A model generated the notes under the pieces. That model was not told the DNA's origin. It searched no databases and saw nothing but the letters and a program-made list of their open reading frames with translations. Shown one piece after another: positions 1 through 11,382 of a DNA stretch of 64,000 nucleotides. This DNA is from Candidatus Bathyarchaeota archaeon (lineage in GTDB: Archaea > Thermoproteota > Bathyarchaeia > TCS64). Numbering within the stretch: position 1 is the stretch's first letter; each line of letters starts with the position of its first letter. The position numbers were made by a program, and so were the translations under genes. Location of the stretch: assembly GCA_963769425.1 (NCBI GenBank), contig CAVYLP010000003.1, positions 1 through 64,000 on the forward strand. Direction: 5' to 3'.

Positions 1-283
1 GGCCGTCTTCCGGCGGGTATGGCGCTCGCTCGTAAAGATGCACGGCGCAAGAATGCCAGAGTGCCGCGCCATGATTTCAATGCTCAACGCAACGCCGGTT
101 TGCTGTCGCAAATCCACCAAGCTGCATGCGGGCACTTCTCAAACGCGGAGGAATCCCTGCATGCCCGACTACGCCACGGGGCATGTATTGAAGATATCGA
201 CATCAGAATTTCACAGGCCGGGCACAAACGTGTGTCGCCCGGCCTGTTCCTTTTCTGTGTGCGCAAACGCGTCGCGCCAGCAA

Positions 284-2687
284 TCACGGTATCGTGACCC
301 GATAGAACCGTTTTGACTGCCCGGCCGAGCCCATGTCAATCCACACCTCGACCGGCGATGTCAGGGTGAGATTTGTAAGCGTGACCCAATTGGTTTGGTT
401 CACGTTCGTCGCACATTGGATGCAGTACGTCCTGCCCGCGACGCCGTCAATGGTCAGACCCGTGTACATGGCGAGCGACGTTGCTGCCGGACTCACCGTC
501 ACCATGGCGGCAGCACTCGCAATGCTGCCCATACTGTTTGCAACGACGACCGTGTAGCTGCCTGCGTTGCTGACATCCAAGTTGGTTAACACGAGCGTTG
601 AGTTCGTAGCACCCAGAATGGCGATACCGTCCTTGAACCACTGGTAAGTGAAAGGCCCACGATTTGTCGCAGTGACGCTGAGAGTCACGCTCTTACCCCA
701 ATACCCAACTTGCGATTGAGGCTGCACCGAGATTTCAGGCGGTACGACCGAGACCGCGAATCGAATATTATCCAAGTTGTAATCAACGCAGTTGCTGGTG
801 TAGCCTTCCATGAACAGGCGGCTGACCCCAAGATACGGCAAGCCGTTCCCAAACGGCACACTGATCGCCATGCTGAGCTGGGTCACCTGTTGGCCCGTGT
901 CCCGGTTCCACACGGTCAATTGCGCCAACCCTGCCACAGCGTCATACTGAAGGGATAGCCGATACCAAACCCCGTCGGTCCACAAGCCGTAATTACTAGT
1001 GTTCGTTGGACTGGACTCCGTTGTTGGCCATTACGGCGATGCTGATGGCCACCGTCCACCACGCTAAAGTCGGCAATAATGAACGCCTGGTTGTTCATAT
1101 TGCTCAGCAAGCCGGTCCCAAACAGACCGAAGGTGCATCCGGCTGACCATTCGCAGGAATTGATCTTTAGGTCGTAGTTCAGTTCGAAGGAGGCCTTGCC
1201 GTCCCAGTTGACCGGCGTGTAGGCATAACTGGTGCCGGTGTTGCACTGCCAGCCGTGGAAGGTGTTGTTGGTCGGGTCCCGCCGCAGATTCGTCGGATCG
1301 TTCGACACCCAGCCCGGATCGGCGGAGAAATCCTGGACGTAGGCTGGCAAGAAGGTGAGTTGGATGTTATCCAAGTTGTAATCAACGCAGTTGCTGGTGT
1401 AGCCTTCCATGAACAGGCGGCTCACGCCAAGATACGGCAAGCCGTTCCCAAACGGCGCACTGATGGCCACGCTGAGCTGGGTCACCTGCAGGCCCGTGTC
1501 CCGGTTCCACACGGTCAATCGCGCCAACCCGGCCACGGCGTCATACTGAAGGGATAGCCGGTACCAAACGCCGTCTGCCCACACCCCGTTGGTTGCTAGC
1601 CGGCGTTGTTGAACTGGTCGCCGTTGTTGGCCAAGATGGCGATGCTGCGCCCGCCGTCCACCACGCCGAAGGTCGGCAAGCAATGAACGGCTGGTTGTTC
1701 ATATTGCTCAGCAAGCCGGTCCCAAACAGACCGAACGTGTATCCTGCTGACCATTCGCAGGAATTGATTCTCAGATCGTAGTCCAGTTGAAGGAAGCCTT
1801 GCCGTCCCAGTTGACCGGTGTGTAGGCGTAACTGGTGCCGGTGTTGGACTGCCAGCCGTGGAAGGTGTTGTTGGTCGGGTCCCGCCGCAGATTCGTGGGA
1901 TCGTTCGACACCCAGCCCGGATCGGCTGAGAAATCCTGGACGTAGGCTGGCAGGAAGGTGAGCTGGATGTTGTCCAGTTGTAATCAACGGCAACTGTGGT
2001 GTAGCCCTCCATGAACCGGCGGCTGACGCCGAGATACGGCAAGCCGTTCCCAAACGGCGCGCTGATCGCCGCACTGAGTTCGGTCACTGTTGGCCCGTGT
2101 CCCGGTTCTGCACGGTCAATCGCGCCACCCCGCCACAGCTGTCATACCGAAGGGATAACCCGGTACCAAACGCCGTCGGTCCAGACCCCGTTATTACTAG
2201 TGGTCTTGGACTGGACGCCGTTGTTGCCGTTACGGTCAATGCGATGGCCACCGTCGGCCACGCGAAGGTGGCAACAATGATACGCCGTGCTGGTCACATT
2301 GCTCATCAGGCCGGTCTCAAACAGGCCGAAGGTGCATCCGCCGACCATTCGCAGGAATTGATTTTAGGTCGTAGTTCAACTCGAACGAGGCCTTGCCGTC
2401 CCAGGTGACTGGCGTGTAGACATAACTGGTGCCGGTGTTGGACTGCCAGCCGTGAAAGGTGTTGTTCGTTGGTCCCGCCGCAGATTCGTGGATCATTTGA
2501 CACCCAGCCGGGCTCTACAGAAAAGTCGTCACTGTAAACCGTCATCTGGGGGTAGAGGGCTTTCAAGCTCGCCCTGCCCTGTGCCTGTTGCGGCAAAGAG
2601 CAGCAACGTTGCGGCGAGGCCAGACACCATGCTTAGCATGACACCGCCAATCAGGGTTGCGAGTGAGCTTCTTTTCATAGTTTTCAT
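284..2687 (-). CDS. Secreted protein: signal peptide, 3 tandem ~200-aa ConA/LamG-like beta-sandwich repeats, Ig (I-set) domain and Verrucomicrobia-type C-terminal beta domain; frameshifted
   Basis: Stitched from ORFs 2529-2858, 2306-2596, 2142-2348, 1541-2074, 916-1683 and 284-985. N-term MKTMKRSSLATLIGGVML...; Ig motif PQSQ..GKSVTLSVTA..FTYQWFKDG..GATNSTLVL..AGSYTVVV; C-term GVAGRTYCIQCATN..NWVTL. The fold of the repeats is inferred. Confidence 0.7.
760..2530 (-). repeat. Three tandem ~600-bp intragenic repeats
   Basis: AATCAACG..TGGTGTAGCC recurs at ~781, ~1380 and ~1982; GGTACCAAAC/GATACCAAAC at ~961, ~1560 and ~2162. Confidence 0.9.
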
Positions 2688-3057
2688 AGGTTTCGTTTTC
2701 GTTTTTGTAATATTATTTTTCCTGAATGCGCCACCAACGGCGCACTCACCATCCCTTACGAGTTCATCGATGGAATCTTGCAGGGTTTTGCACGTGGATG
2801 GACTGCTTTCCTGAATCGTGGTGCCGAAGGACATCCCGGAAGCAGGGTTATTTGCCATTTGTTACTCGACCTTGCGAGACACGAAGAAGTATTTTGGCTT
2901 GGCGTCGGCCTGAGCGAGATATTGAATGCCGCTGTATCTGCGGGAATGCTGGCAGATGGCCAGTTTGCCTGGGACCCGTTACATCACTTGCACAATACAC
3001 ATTGTGGGTGGCAAGGCCGAACCTGACCGAACCTGACCCATGCCAGATTGAAACAAT

Positions 3058-3803
3058 ATGGATGTCAAAGTGGAGAATACATCTCTCTGGCCGGTAACGG
3101 GGAGGGCCTGGTCCGCCTTGGGGCACGCGGCTGAGGCCGTTGGCAAGGGACACAGAACCGCTGGAGCTCTGTCATTCGGAGATATCAAAAGCCCTTAGAG
3201 TTTATTGGTTTCAGTTTCCCGTGGCTTTGTCGGACGAGGTCGAGCAGCTCGTCCCGGAATTCTGCCGAAGATCGCATGCTCAAGGAAGGCTGCCCAGAGA
3301 AACCCCAATCTAGCCGGGGTCGTTTTCGGGACTTCTTGAAACGCTGTCTCGAGAACTTCGTTCTGATCGCCAAGAAGAAGGATCATCCAAAAGGTGCGCC
3401 GCCGCATCCATGAATTGGAGCAGGAGATTCCGCACCTCAGGCCGCTGCCGACTCGTTCGATCTCGACTGGACAAGGGCGATTCTGGACGAGGCGCTCAAG
3501 CGGATGGAGGAAGACTGCCGGAAACCGGGTAAAGACCGCCAAACGCGGCAATATTTGGGAGATCTGTTCAGATTCGCTGCTTGACCCATTCCTGGAGAAC
3601 ACGCAACCCTGGTCTTACGCGCAAGTGGTTGAACATTCAAACTGAGATCTCCCAGCGAAGCGTCAAACATGCTGCTCAGCGCAAAACGCATTTTCAGCGA
3701 CATCTGCTCGCAGTTATTTCCGAATACGAGGGCACGACAAAGGCAACGGACGGAACTTGAAGACGTGAAACGCCTTCTGGCCCGCATTTCAGGAGAAAAG
3801 TGA
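3058..3803 (+). CDS. ECF-type RNA polymerase sigma factor, multiply frameshifted, absent from the ORF track
   Basis: Manual translation across frames gives RGRFRDFLKRCLENF, DSFDLDWTRAILDEALKRMEEDC, SYAQVVEH, SEASNMLLSAKR and ELEDVKRLLARISGEK*. These resemble kinase-associated ECFs of PVC bacteria. Confidence 0.7.
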
Positions 3804-3836
3804 CGATGCGCAAGATTCACAAAACCAGAATCGTAT

Positions 3837-4389
3837 ATGAATGCGAAGACTGATGTGCACGAATTTGATTCAACTTCGGCTGTTAATCGCAGCGACGCCG
3901 GGCGACTGCTCCGTCTCCTCGACGTGAACGAACACACTTCCACCAGTTGGCCCATGGCGGATGTCGGGGCGATGTTCCAGCACCAATTGTCGGCGTCACT
4001 GGACTTTGACCTGTCCGGCGAGGTCGTGCACGGGGCAACCACCGTGGCAGCGTTGAAGGATCTGCCCGTCGCCGGGCACGCCGGCATCACGACTTTCGGC
4101 ACACTTTTTTTGCACAACGAACCGCCGATGAGTTTATTGAAGCTGTCCAAAGACTTCTTCAAGCGGACGGCCAAAAGCGCATCCGAAAGATTCTGATGAG
4201 CACCAGGTTGCTTACATGTGTTATCTGCTTGAGCGTGGTCGTGGCACGTTTGCGTCTGGGAAAACGGATCACGAATCTCAAGGATTCGGAGTTCTTATCA
4301 GGCATTGAGTGGGCGCTAAAGCAAGAGTGGGTCGGGGAAACCGTCCGTAAGCTCTTGTGGATGCCCGGACGGTCTTCGGCAAGAATTAA
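3837..4389 (+). CDS. Hypothetical protein downstream of the ECF sigma; frameshifted
   Basis: ORF 3837-4196 continues via frameshifts into the 4196 ORF (VVVARLRLGKRITNLKDSEFLSGIEWALKQEWV). The end is approximate. Confidence 0.55.
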
Positions 4390-4569
4390 CGTTCCAGAAA
4401 ATCCTCCGCCTCCCGGGGAGACTCCGATATTTGACGGCTGGATGAGGGTGGCGGGGACGATGCGACGAAGGGAGCGCCCGCTGTCGCCGTTCCCGGCTGT
4501 TAGCGGGTATCTTGACGCCGTGAAAGCGGAAATCGCGCGATGGCATTGTGCGGAGTTGTGCCGTTACTT

Positions 4570-7562
4570 TCACTTCTGCTGAGGCAGCTGGGTAGTTTCG
4601 TTGGAGGACGGCGCGGCACTGCCTTCAAGCAATGTCTTGGCCTCAGGCTTGAGAAATTGCCCGGACGCGCTTCTCAGCGTGTCGGGGTGTTTCTTGCCCA
4701 GTGTTCGCAGCGCGCTTCCATCGCCCGGTGGAAAAAGTGCTCCGCCCCGCGTAGTCGCCTTTCAGGTAAAGCAAGTCGGCCAGGTCGTTCACGCTGATCA
4801 GCGTGTCGGGATGCTCCTTGCCCAGCGTGCGCTCGCGCGCCTCCAGCGCCCGGCGGTAAAGCGGCTCCGCCCCGGCGTAGTCGCCTTTGCTCGTAAAGCA
4901 AGCTGGCCAGGTTGTTCACGCTGCTCAGCGTGTCGGGATGCTCCTTGCCCAGCGTGCGCTCGCGCGCCTCCAGCGCCCGGCGGTAAAGCGGCTCCGCCCC
5001 GGCGTAGTCGCCTTTGTTGTAAAGCAAGCCGGCCAGGTTGTTCACGCTGCTCAGCGTGTCGGGATGCTCCTTGCCCAGCGTGCGCTCGCGCGCCTCCAGC
5101 GCCCGGCGGTAAAGCGGCTCCGCCCCGGCGTAGTCGCCTTTGTCGCCAAGCAAGTTGGCCAGGTTGTTCACGCTGTTCAGCGTGTCGGGATGCTCCTTGC
5201 CCAGCATGCGCTCGCTGCGCCTCCAGCGCCCGCCGGTACAAGCGGCTCCGCCCCGGCGTAGTCGCCTTTGCTCCCCAGCAAGCCGGCCAGGTTGTTCACG
5301 CTGCTCAGCGTGTCGGGATGCTCCTTGCCCAGCGTGCGCTCGCTGCGCCTCCAGCGCCCGCCGGTACAAGCGGCTCCGCCCCGGCGTAGTCGCCTTTGCT
5401 TGCCAGCAAGCCGGCCAGGTTGTTCACGCTCGCCAGCGTGTCGGGATGCTCCTTGCCCAGCGTGCGCTCGCGCGCCTCCAGCGCCCGCCGATACAAGCGG
5501 CTCCGCCCCGGCGTAGTCGCCTTTGCTCTGCAAGCAAGCCGGCCAGGTTGTTCACGCTGCCCAGCGTGTCGGGATGCTCCGGCCCCAGCGTCCGCTCGCG
5601 CGCCTCCAGCGCCCGCCGGATACAGCGGCTCCGCCCCGGCGTAGTCGCCTTTGCTCGCCAGCAAGCCGGCCAGGTCGTTCACGCTGCCCAGCGTGTCGGG
5701 ATGCTCCTTGCCCAGCGTCCGCTCGCGCGCCTCCAGCGCCCGCCGATACAGCGGCTCCGCCCCGGCGTAGTCGCCTTTGGCCGCAAGCAAGCCGGCCAGG
5801 TTGTTCACGCTGCGCCAGCGTGTCGGGATGCTCCTTGCCCAGCGTGCGCTCGCTCGCCTCCAGCGCCCGGCGGATAAAGCGGCTCCGCCCCGGCGTAGTC
5901 GCCTTTGTCGTAAGCAAGACGGCCAGGTTGTTCACGCTGCCCAGCGTGTCGGGATGCTCCTTGCCCAGCGTGCGCTCGCGCACTTCCAACGCCTTGCGGA
6001 ACATCGGCTCCGCTTTGGGGTACTCCCCCAAGTGCCAGGTAAACTTCGCCGAGGGTACTCCGCAGCCACGGCCTCAATCAGGGGCTGGTTCTTGAGTTCC
6101 GTGTCCACGCGCGCCGCAGCCCGGTCCAGCATCTGCCGCAGCAGGGTGGTGTCCTTGCCCTTGGCTTCCTCCGGCTTCACGCTGTTGAGCATATCCTCCA
6201 GGAAGGTCGGCCACCGTCCGCGCCTCCTTCTCCGCCCGGGTCGCCCGCACCGCCTGCCAGGTGCTCACGACCACCCCGGCCACCAGCAGAGCAACCAGCG
6301 CGGCGGCGGTCGCCATGCCAACCCGGTGCCGCCGGACGAATTTCCGCACCCGATAGACGGCGCCCGGCGCGGCCGCGGTGCACCGGCTCGTTGCTCAGAT
6401 GCCGCTCGATGTCCTGCGCCAGGCCGTTGGCCGTCTCGTAGCGCCGCGCCCGGTCCTTCTCCAGGCACTTCATCACGATCCAGTCCAGGTCGCCCGCGCA
6501 CCAGGTGGATCAGCTTCGGCGGCTCGGCCTGACGGCGCTTGGCCGTCGTCGTCAGCTCCTCGCCTGCCAGCGTGCTCAGCCGCGTCGAGGGCCGCGCCGG
6601 CTCCTTCTCCCGGATGATCCGCCGCATCTCGTCCAGGCCCGCGCTGCAGCAGCTCCTTCGCCGTCGAACGGCGTGCTGCCCGGTCAGCAGTTCGTAGAGC
6701 AGCACGCCCAGGCTGTAGATGTCGCTGCGCGTGTCAATGTCCAGCCCGCTCATCTCCGCCTGCTCCGGGCTCATGTAGGCCGGCGTGCCGATGAACTGCT
6801 CGAAGTGCGGTGAACAGCGTCTTGTCGGTCAGCTGCTGGCTCGGTGGCCTTGGCGATGCCGAAGTCAATCACCTTGGGCACCGGCACGCCATCGTTGCAG
6901 CGTGACCAGGATGTTCGACGGCTTGATGTCGCGGTGGATGATCCCCTTCTGGTGCGCGTGCTGGATGGCCTGGCAGACCTGGATGAACAGCTCGAGCCGC
7001 TCCTCGGTGGAGAGCTTCGCTTCTGGTCGCAGTACTCGGTGATCGGGACGCCCCGCACCAGTTCCATCACGAAGTAGGGCCGGCCGGTCTCGCGTGGCGC
7101 CGCGCGTCGAGCACCTTGGCGATGTTGGGATGATCCATCAGCGCCAGCGCCTGCCGCTCGGCCTCGAACCGGGCCACGACCTGCTTGGTGTCCATGCCCA
7201 GCTTGATGATCTTGAGCGCCACCCGGCGGCGGACCGGCTCCTCCTGCTCGGCCACATAGACCACCCCGCAGCCGCCTTCGCCGATCTGCTCGAGGAGCTT
7301 GTAGCGGCCAATCCGGTCGCCGGGTTCGTTCGGTGAGGACGAAAACTTGGGTTTCGATCGCACCTTCTGACATCGGCAGCGGGTCTACACGGCCAGTCTT
7401 CGCTTTGTCGTGGGCTTGCAGCAGCGCTTCGACGCGCTCACGGAGGGTCTCGTCCTCGCCGCAGGCTTGGGCGAGAAAGGCCGCACGGGCCTCCGGCGTG
7501 GCAAGTTGGACTGCCTCGTTGAAGAGGGCTTCTTCCCGATCGTGGTGGGGTTCATTCTGCAC
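4570..7562 (-). CDS. Hanks-type Ser/Thr protein kinase with one TM helix and a C-terminal TPR_10/TPR_12 array; frameshifted
   Basis: Kinase motifs [40 protein letters not shown] and [15 protein letters not shown]; TM segment [17 protein letters not shown]; repeats [42 protein letters not shown]. Confidence 0.9.
4690..6030 (-). repeat. About 10 near-identical 126-bp (42-aa) TPR repeats
   Basis: GTAGTCGCCTTT anchors at ~4751, 4877, 5004, 5130, 5258, 5386, 5513, 5641, 5767 and 5895. Confidence 0.95.
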
Positions 7563-8171
7563 CTTCGATTTCGCCGTGCCGACGGACAGAATCCCACGAC
7601 CGAGGCGACAACAAAATGCCGGTTCATTTTCAGGCGGGCCCTTCGGACAAATGTCCTGAATGCTCGTTTCGTCGTCTCGGCCGCCGCCAAACCGTGCCGC
7701 TCGTGGCTTTCCTTTTGCCGACGTTGAAAGTCACCTCACCCAAGAGAATCGTGACGAATCCGTCATTGTCGAGGCTGGCGACTCCTCAGAACGCTTGGAG
7801 TTAAGGCTATCGTGTCCCGTCAAAGTTCGCGCAGGCCGTGAGCAACCGCAATCCGAGAGTGCACGTCACAGTGCAGACGACACAGCGTCCGCTCCCAAAA
7901 GTTTCAGAACAGCAACCGCAGCAGGCTGTCCATCCCCAGCTCCGGTCGGGCTTCGCCCTCCCCATCAGGTGATTGAATCGCGTCGGCAGGATTTTCACCA
8001 GTTTGTCGTTGACTCCGTTGTCGTGGCGTGGTGCCGGTGGGACCGGGGACAGGGCGATCGGACAATCAACAAAACGCGGCTAAACCTGCGGGAGTTACGG
8101 CCTTTGCCGATTCATTCCATCAACAGCCAGATGACCTTTCATGCAAAGGCGGTGGGAATTCGGGCAGAGCT

Positions 8172-8926
8172 TTAATTTCCTGCGTAAATGCAGCCAACAA
8201 CGTGACCGCGGTTGTTTATTCGAGTAATCCAGCCCGCATAACCTTGTGGAAAAGCAATAATGGTGTCGCGTGCAATCTTACCGTTGTTATTTACTCCATA
8301 AGAGGGAAGGGCAAATCCCCTGAATCCGCCTTGCTCGTACAGAAAACCACCGTCCTTGTCGCCATCGTAATAACCACCAACAATTTGTCCTTTGTCGTTG
8401 ATACCGTAAGGCTGCGTAGCGAGCGCGCCAGGCATGTCCAAAGTTTTGAAGCCGCCGTCAACGAACAGAAACCCATGCGTTGCGGACCCGTCCCAATAGA
8501 AACCAACGATGTCTCCTTTGTCGTTTATCCCAAAAGGTTCAGTGTAATCAACACGGGGATATTTGATTTCAGTGAACGTTCTGCCGTTGTACAGGAAGCC
8601 GTGTGAAGTCGAACCGTCCCAGTAACTGCCGACCATTGTTCCTTTGTTGTTGATGCCTGTGCATAACGTGCCTCCCGTCGCGCGCGGATGATCAACAGAT
8701 ATGTAATTCGCACCTCTCTTTATGAAACCGTGGTTGTTTCCTGCTGTTGGATACACGACCCCACAATCTCACCCCTGTCGTTTATGGCAAAAGCCAGCGT
8801 CTCAATAGAGCCGGGATAATTGACTCGGCTGAGCTCACCGTTGGCGAACAGAAATCCACTCCCCGCATACGCGGTGGATATGAATAACTGCAAAGTTACT
8901 AAAGAAGAAACGATTAAAGATTTCAT
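8172..8926 (-). CDS. Secreted HAF-type extracellular repeat protein; frameshift at ~8750
   Basis: Signal peptide MKSLIVSSLVTLQLFISTAYA; repeated GINDKG.IVG.Y.DG..HGFLY units. Confidence 0.8.
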
Positions 8927-9206
8927 AGTTCGTTGAATTCTGTTTTGGCTGCACGTCATGTGCAGCTTTCATTGTTCAATACGCGCCGCGAGGGTTGATC
9001 TTGCATTCAATCAGAAGTCAAAATTCAAGAATCCGCGCGTTGGATAAAAGGATCTGCCTTTGGACACGATTTCTGCGCGTCTGATGATTGCGGAGAGATT
9101 TCGGTGAAACTAAGGAAGCTGACGGCTTTTTTCGGCGCGGTCCGTTGACGAGGCTACCGCCGAGCGCCGATTAACGTTGCAAGATTGCCAACTGGTCAAC
9201 GTATGA

Positions 9207-9770
9207 ATGAGCGTGAAGCATACTTTCGCGCCCACCGACACGCACAGCCCAGAACAGTGCCGGGGAACGACACGCCGCGGCTTTCTCACCCAGTTGTCGA
9301 GCGCGGTTCTCGTTTCGGCTTATGGCTTGCCGCCAGTGGAATTGTCGGCGGGCGACCCAAACCGGAACTCCTCTACCAGGGTTTCAAAGAACTTGATCTA
9401 TGTAGTGGATGATCAAGCCGACCTGAACGGGCTGTATCGAATTGTGTTTGAGGAGACCGGTTACGAAGTGAAAACCTTTACCAACCGGGTGGAAGCGTTG
9501 ACGTCTTTGCTCGTTGCGAACCCGCAGCCAGCCTTGCTCATTACGGATTACGACGGTTACCCGATCAGCGCAGAGGAATTGATGCACTACTGCCTAGACT
9601 CTCAACCGAACCTCAAAGTTCTGATGGTGAGCGGATACGCAGAATCCTGCCTGAGCCTATGTAGTGTAAAGCCTGACCGCTTCTTGGAGAAGCCATTCGC
9701 CATTGAATCGCTGGTTGAGGGAGTTAAATCCCTGATCGGCCGCAGCCGGGGCCCAAGTTTCTGCGATTGA
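9207..9770 (+). CDS. Single-domain response regulator (receiver) with an N-terminal extension
   Basis: IYVVDDQ, LLITDY (phosphoacceptor Asp), VLMVSGY and FLEKPF. Confidence 0.85.
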   Translation: MSVKHTFAPTDTHSPEQCRGTTRRGFLTQLSSAVLVSAYGLPPVELSAGDPNRNSSTRVSKNLIYVVDDQADLNGLYRIVFEETGYEVKTFTNRVEALTSLLVANPQPALLITDYDGYPISAEELMHYCLDSQPNLKVLMVSGYAESCLSLCSVKPDRFLEKPFAIESLVEGVKSLIGRSRGPSFCD

Positions 9771-9811
9771 TCCTGCAAGATGTTTGAGTCCTCGGCGTAT
9801 TGAATGATAGA

Positions 9812-10733
9812 ATGAATACATTACTGAGCGATTACCTGCCGCGAATCAAGCTGGGCGAACCGCAGCAATTCAGGCATCTGACGATCTTCCCCCTCTTCAC
9901 GCCCAATGGGCGTGAGCCGAATTACCTTACATTGGCCGAGGCGCTGCAGCAGAATCTCGTCACCATCACCGAAACCAGCCAGGCTGGCCTGTTCCTCAAC
10001 TAAAGCTCACCAATGCAGCGACTGTAACCGTACCGCTGATTGAAGGTGAAGAACTTATCGGCTCGAAACAGAACCGCGTGCTGAATACCACCGTGCTGGC
10101 GAGGGAGAAGTCCGAAACCATCATTCCGGTGAGTTGCACCGAGGCGGGGCGTTGGCGCTACACTTCACCATCCTTAAGCCACTCGTGCTTCATGTCCCCA
10201 TCGAAGCTCCGGCAGACCAAATCCTCCAGTGTCAGCGCCGCCTTGAAACAGAAACTGGGGCACAAATCGGACCAGGGAATGGTCTGGGACACCATCCGAT
10301 GCTTTGAGCAGGCGTCGTCGTTCAAATCGCCGTCGCACGCGCTGCACGACGTTCTCAAGGCGAAGGAGGCCGACTTGGCGGCCTATCTCAACGCGCTGAA
10401 ACCCGTGCCGGGTCAAAAGGGATTGCTTGACTGGTCAACGGCCAGGCTGTCGGTCTGGATGTTCTCCGTTCGGAGCGAGTTTACCGGTCCATGCACGAAA
10501 AGTTCGTAAAAAGTTACGCATTTGACGCGGTGATCGGACGAGAGTCATCCGCTGACGAGCCTGCGTCCCGCGAAAACGCGACGGCCTTCTTTGAGGAATC
10601 GAAGGGGTGCGCCGAAGAGGTTTACCCGTCCGTGGGCCGGGGCGTGGACCACCGCTTCGCCGGCGGAAAGATTTCAGGCTTTGCCTTGGTGGATGAGGGC
10701 GAAGTCGTCCACCTGAATCTGTATCGAAACTAA
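9812..10733 (+). CDS. DUF6569 / ARPP-1 family protein; frameshifted
   Basis: YLTLAEAL..LVTITE, GEELIGSKQNRVLNTT, IPVSCTEAGRW, DQGMVWD and SYAFDA across ORFs 9800, 10078 and 10491. Confidence 0.75.
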
Positions 10734-10854
10734 GATGGATGGCCACGAACCTTAACAACTCAAGGCGATAATAAACCGGATGGCTTGTTCCATCACATTC
10801 ACCTTTCAAGAGAACGCAATCGAGAACCAGAGTTACGAGGAAAGAAATCAGTAA

Positions 10855-11382
10855 ATGAAACTTCTGAAAGGCTTTCATACATTGGTGGAACACTTTAGGA
10901 AACAAGGCTGGCACCATGAAACCAATGAGGAACGCGACATTCTATGCGCCCACTTCGCCTTACAGAATGGCGAATGTCGGTGCATGGCCGCGGTGAACGA
11001 AAACGATGATCTCCTTCAGGTTTTCATGATCTTTCCTGTTGTTGTGCCTCCCCAAAAGCGCGGGGCGGTGGCGGAGCTCTGTCTGCGGACATCCTGCGAG
11101 TTGAAGCTGGGCAATTTCGACCTGGATTTCAACGACGGCGAACTTCGGTTTCGGATCAGTGTGCTCTATCCCAAAGGGGAACTGTCGGATGACGTGATTC
11201 AATTCGTCATGGACACTATCCTGCTCATGACGGATGTTCATTTCCAGGCGTTCATGACCGTAATCTATGGCGCTCGGTCGCCGCACGAAGTCCTGCGGCA
11301 AGTTGAACAAGCGATGGCGAGAGTGCCCGAACAACAATCGGAACAGGAAACTCAGCCGCCTTCGAGGATCGCTTTCAACTAA
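10855..11382 (+). CDS. YbjN-domain (T3SS-chaperone-like) protein
   Basis: VVPPQKRGAVAELCLR..LKLGNFDLDFNDGELRFR is typical of the YbjN family. Confidence 0.8.
   Translation: MKLLKGFHTLVEHFRKQGWHHETNEERDILCAHFALQNGECRCMAAVNENDDLLQVFMIFPVVVPPQKRGAVAELCLRTSCELKLGNFDLDFNDGELRFRISVLYPKGELSDDVIQFVMDTILLMTDVHFQAFMTVIYGARSPHEVLRQVEQAMARVPEQQSEQETQPPSRIAFN

Noticed and set aside
4690-6030. TPR repeats as a CRISPR array or DGR target
   Set aside because: The units are contiguous 126-bp coding repeats without spacers, and there are no cas or reverse transcriptase genes.
4601-6813. Long + strand ORFs over the kinase, and similar shadow ORFs at 3437-4174, 60774-61616 and 62189-62506
   Set aside because: They are antisense or alternative-frame shadows of recognisable genes.
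7600-8170. ORFs between the kinase and the HAF gene
   Set aside because: No recognisable motifs in the frames I read.
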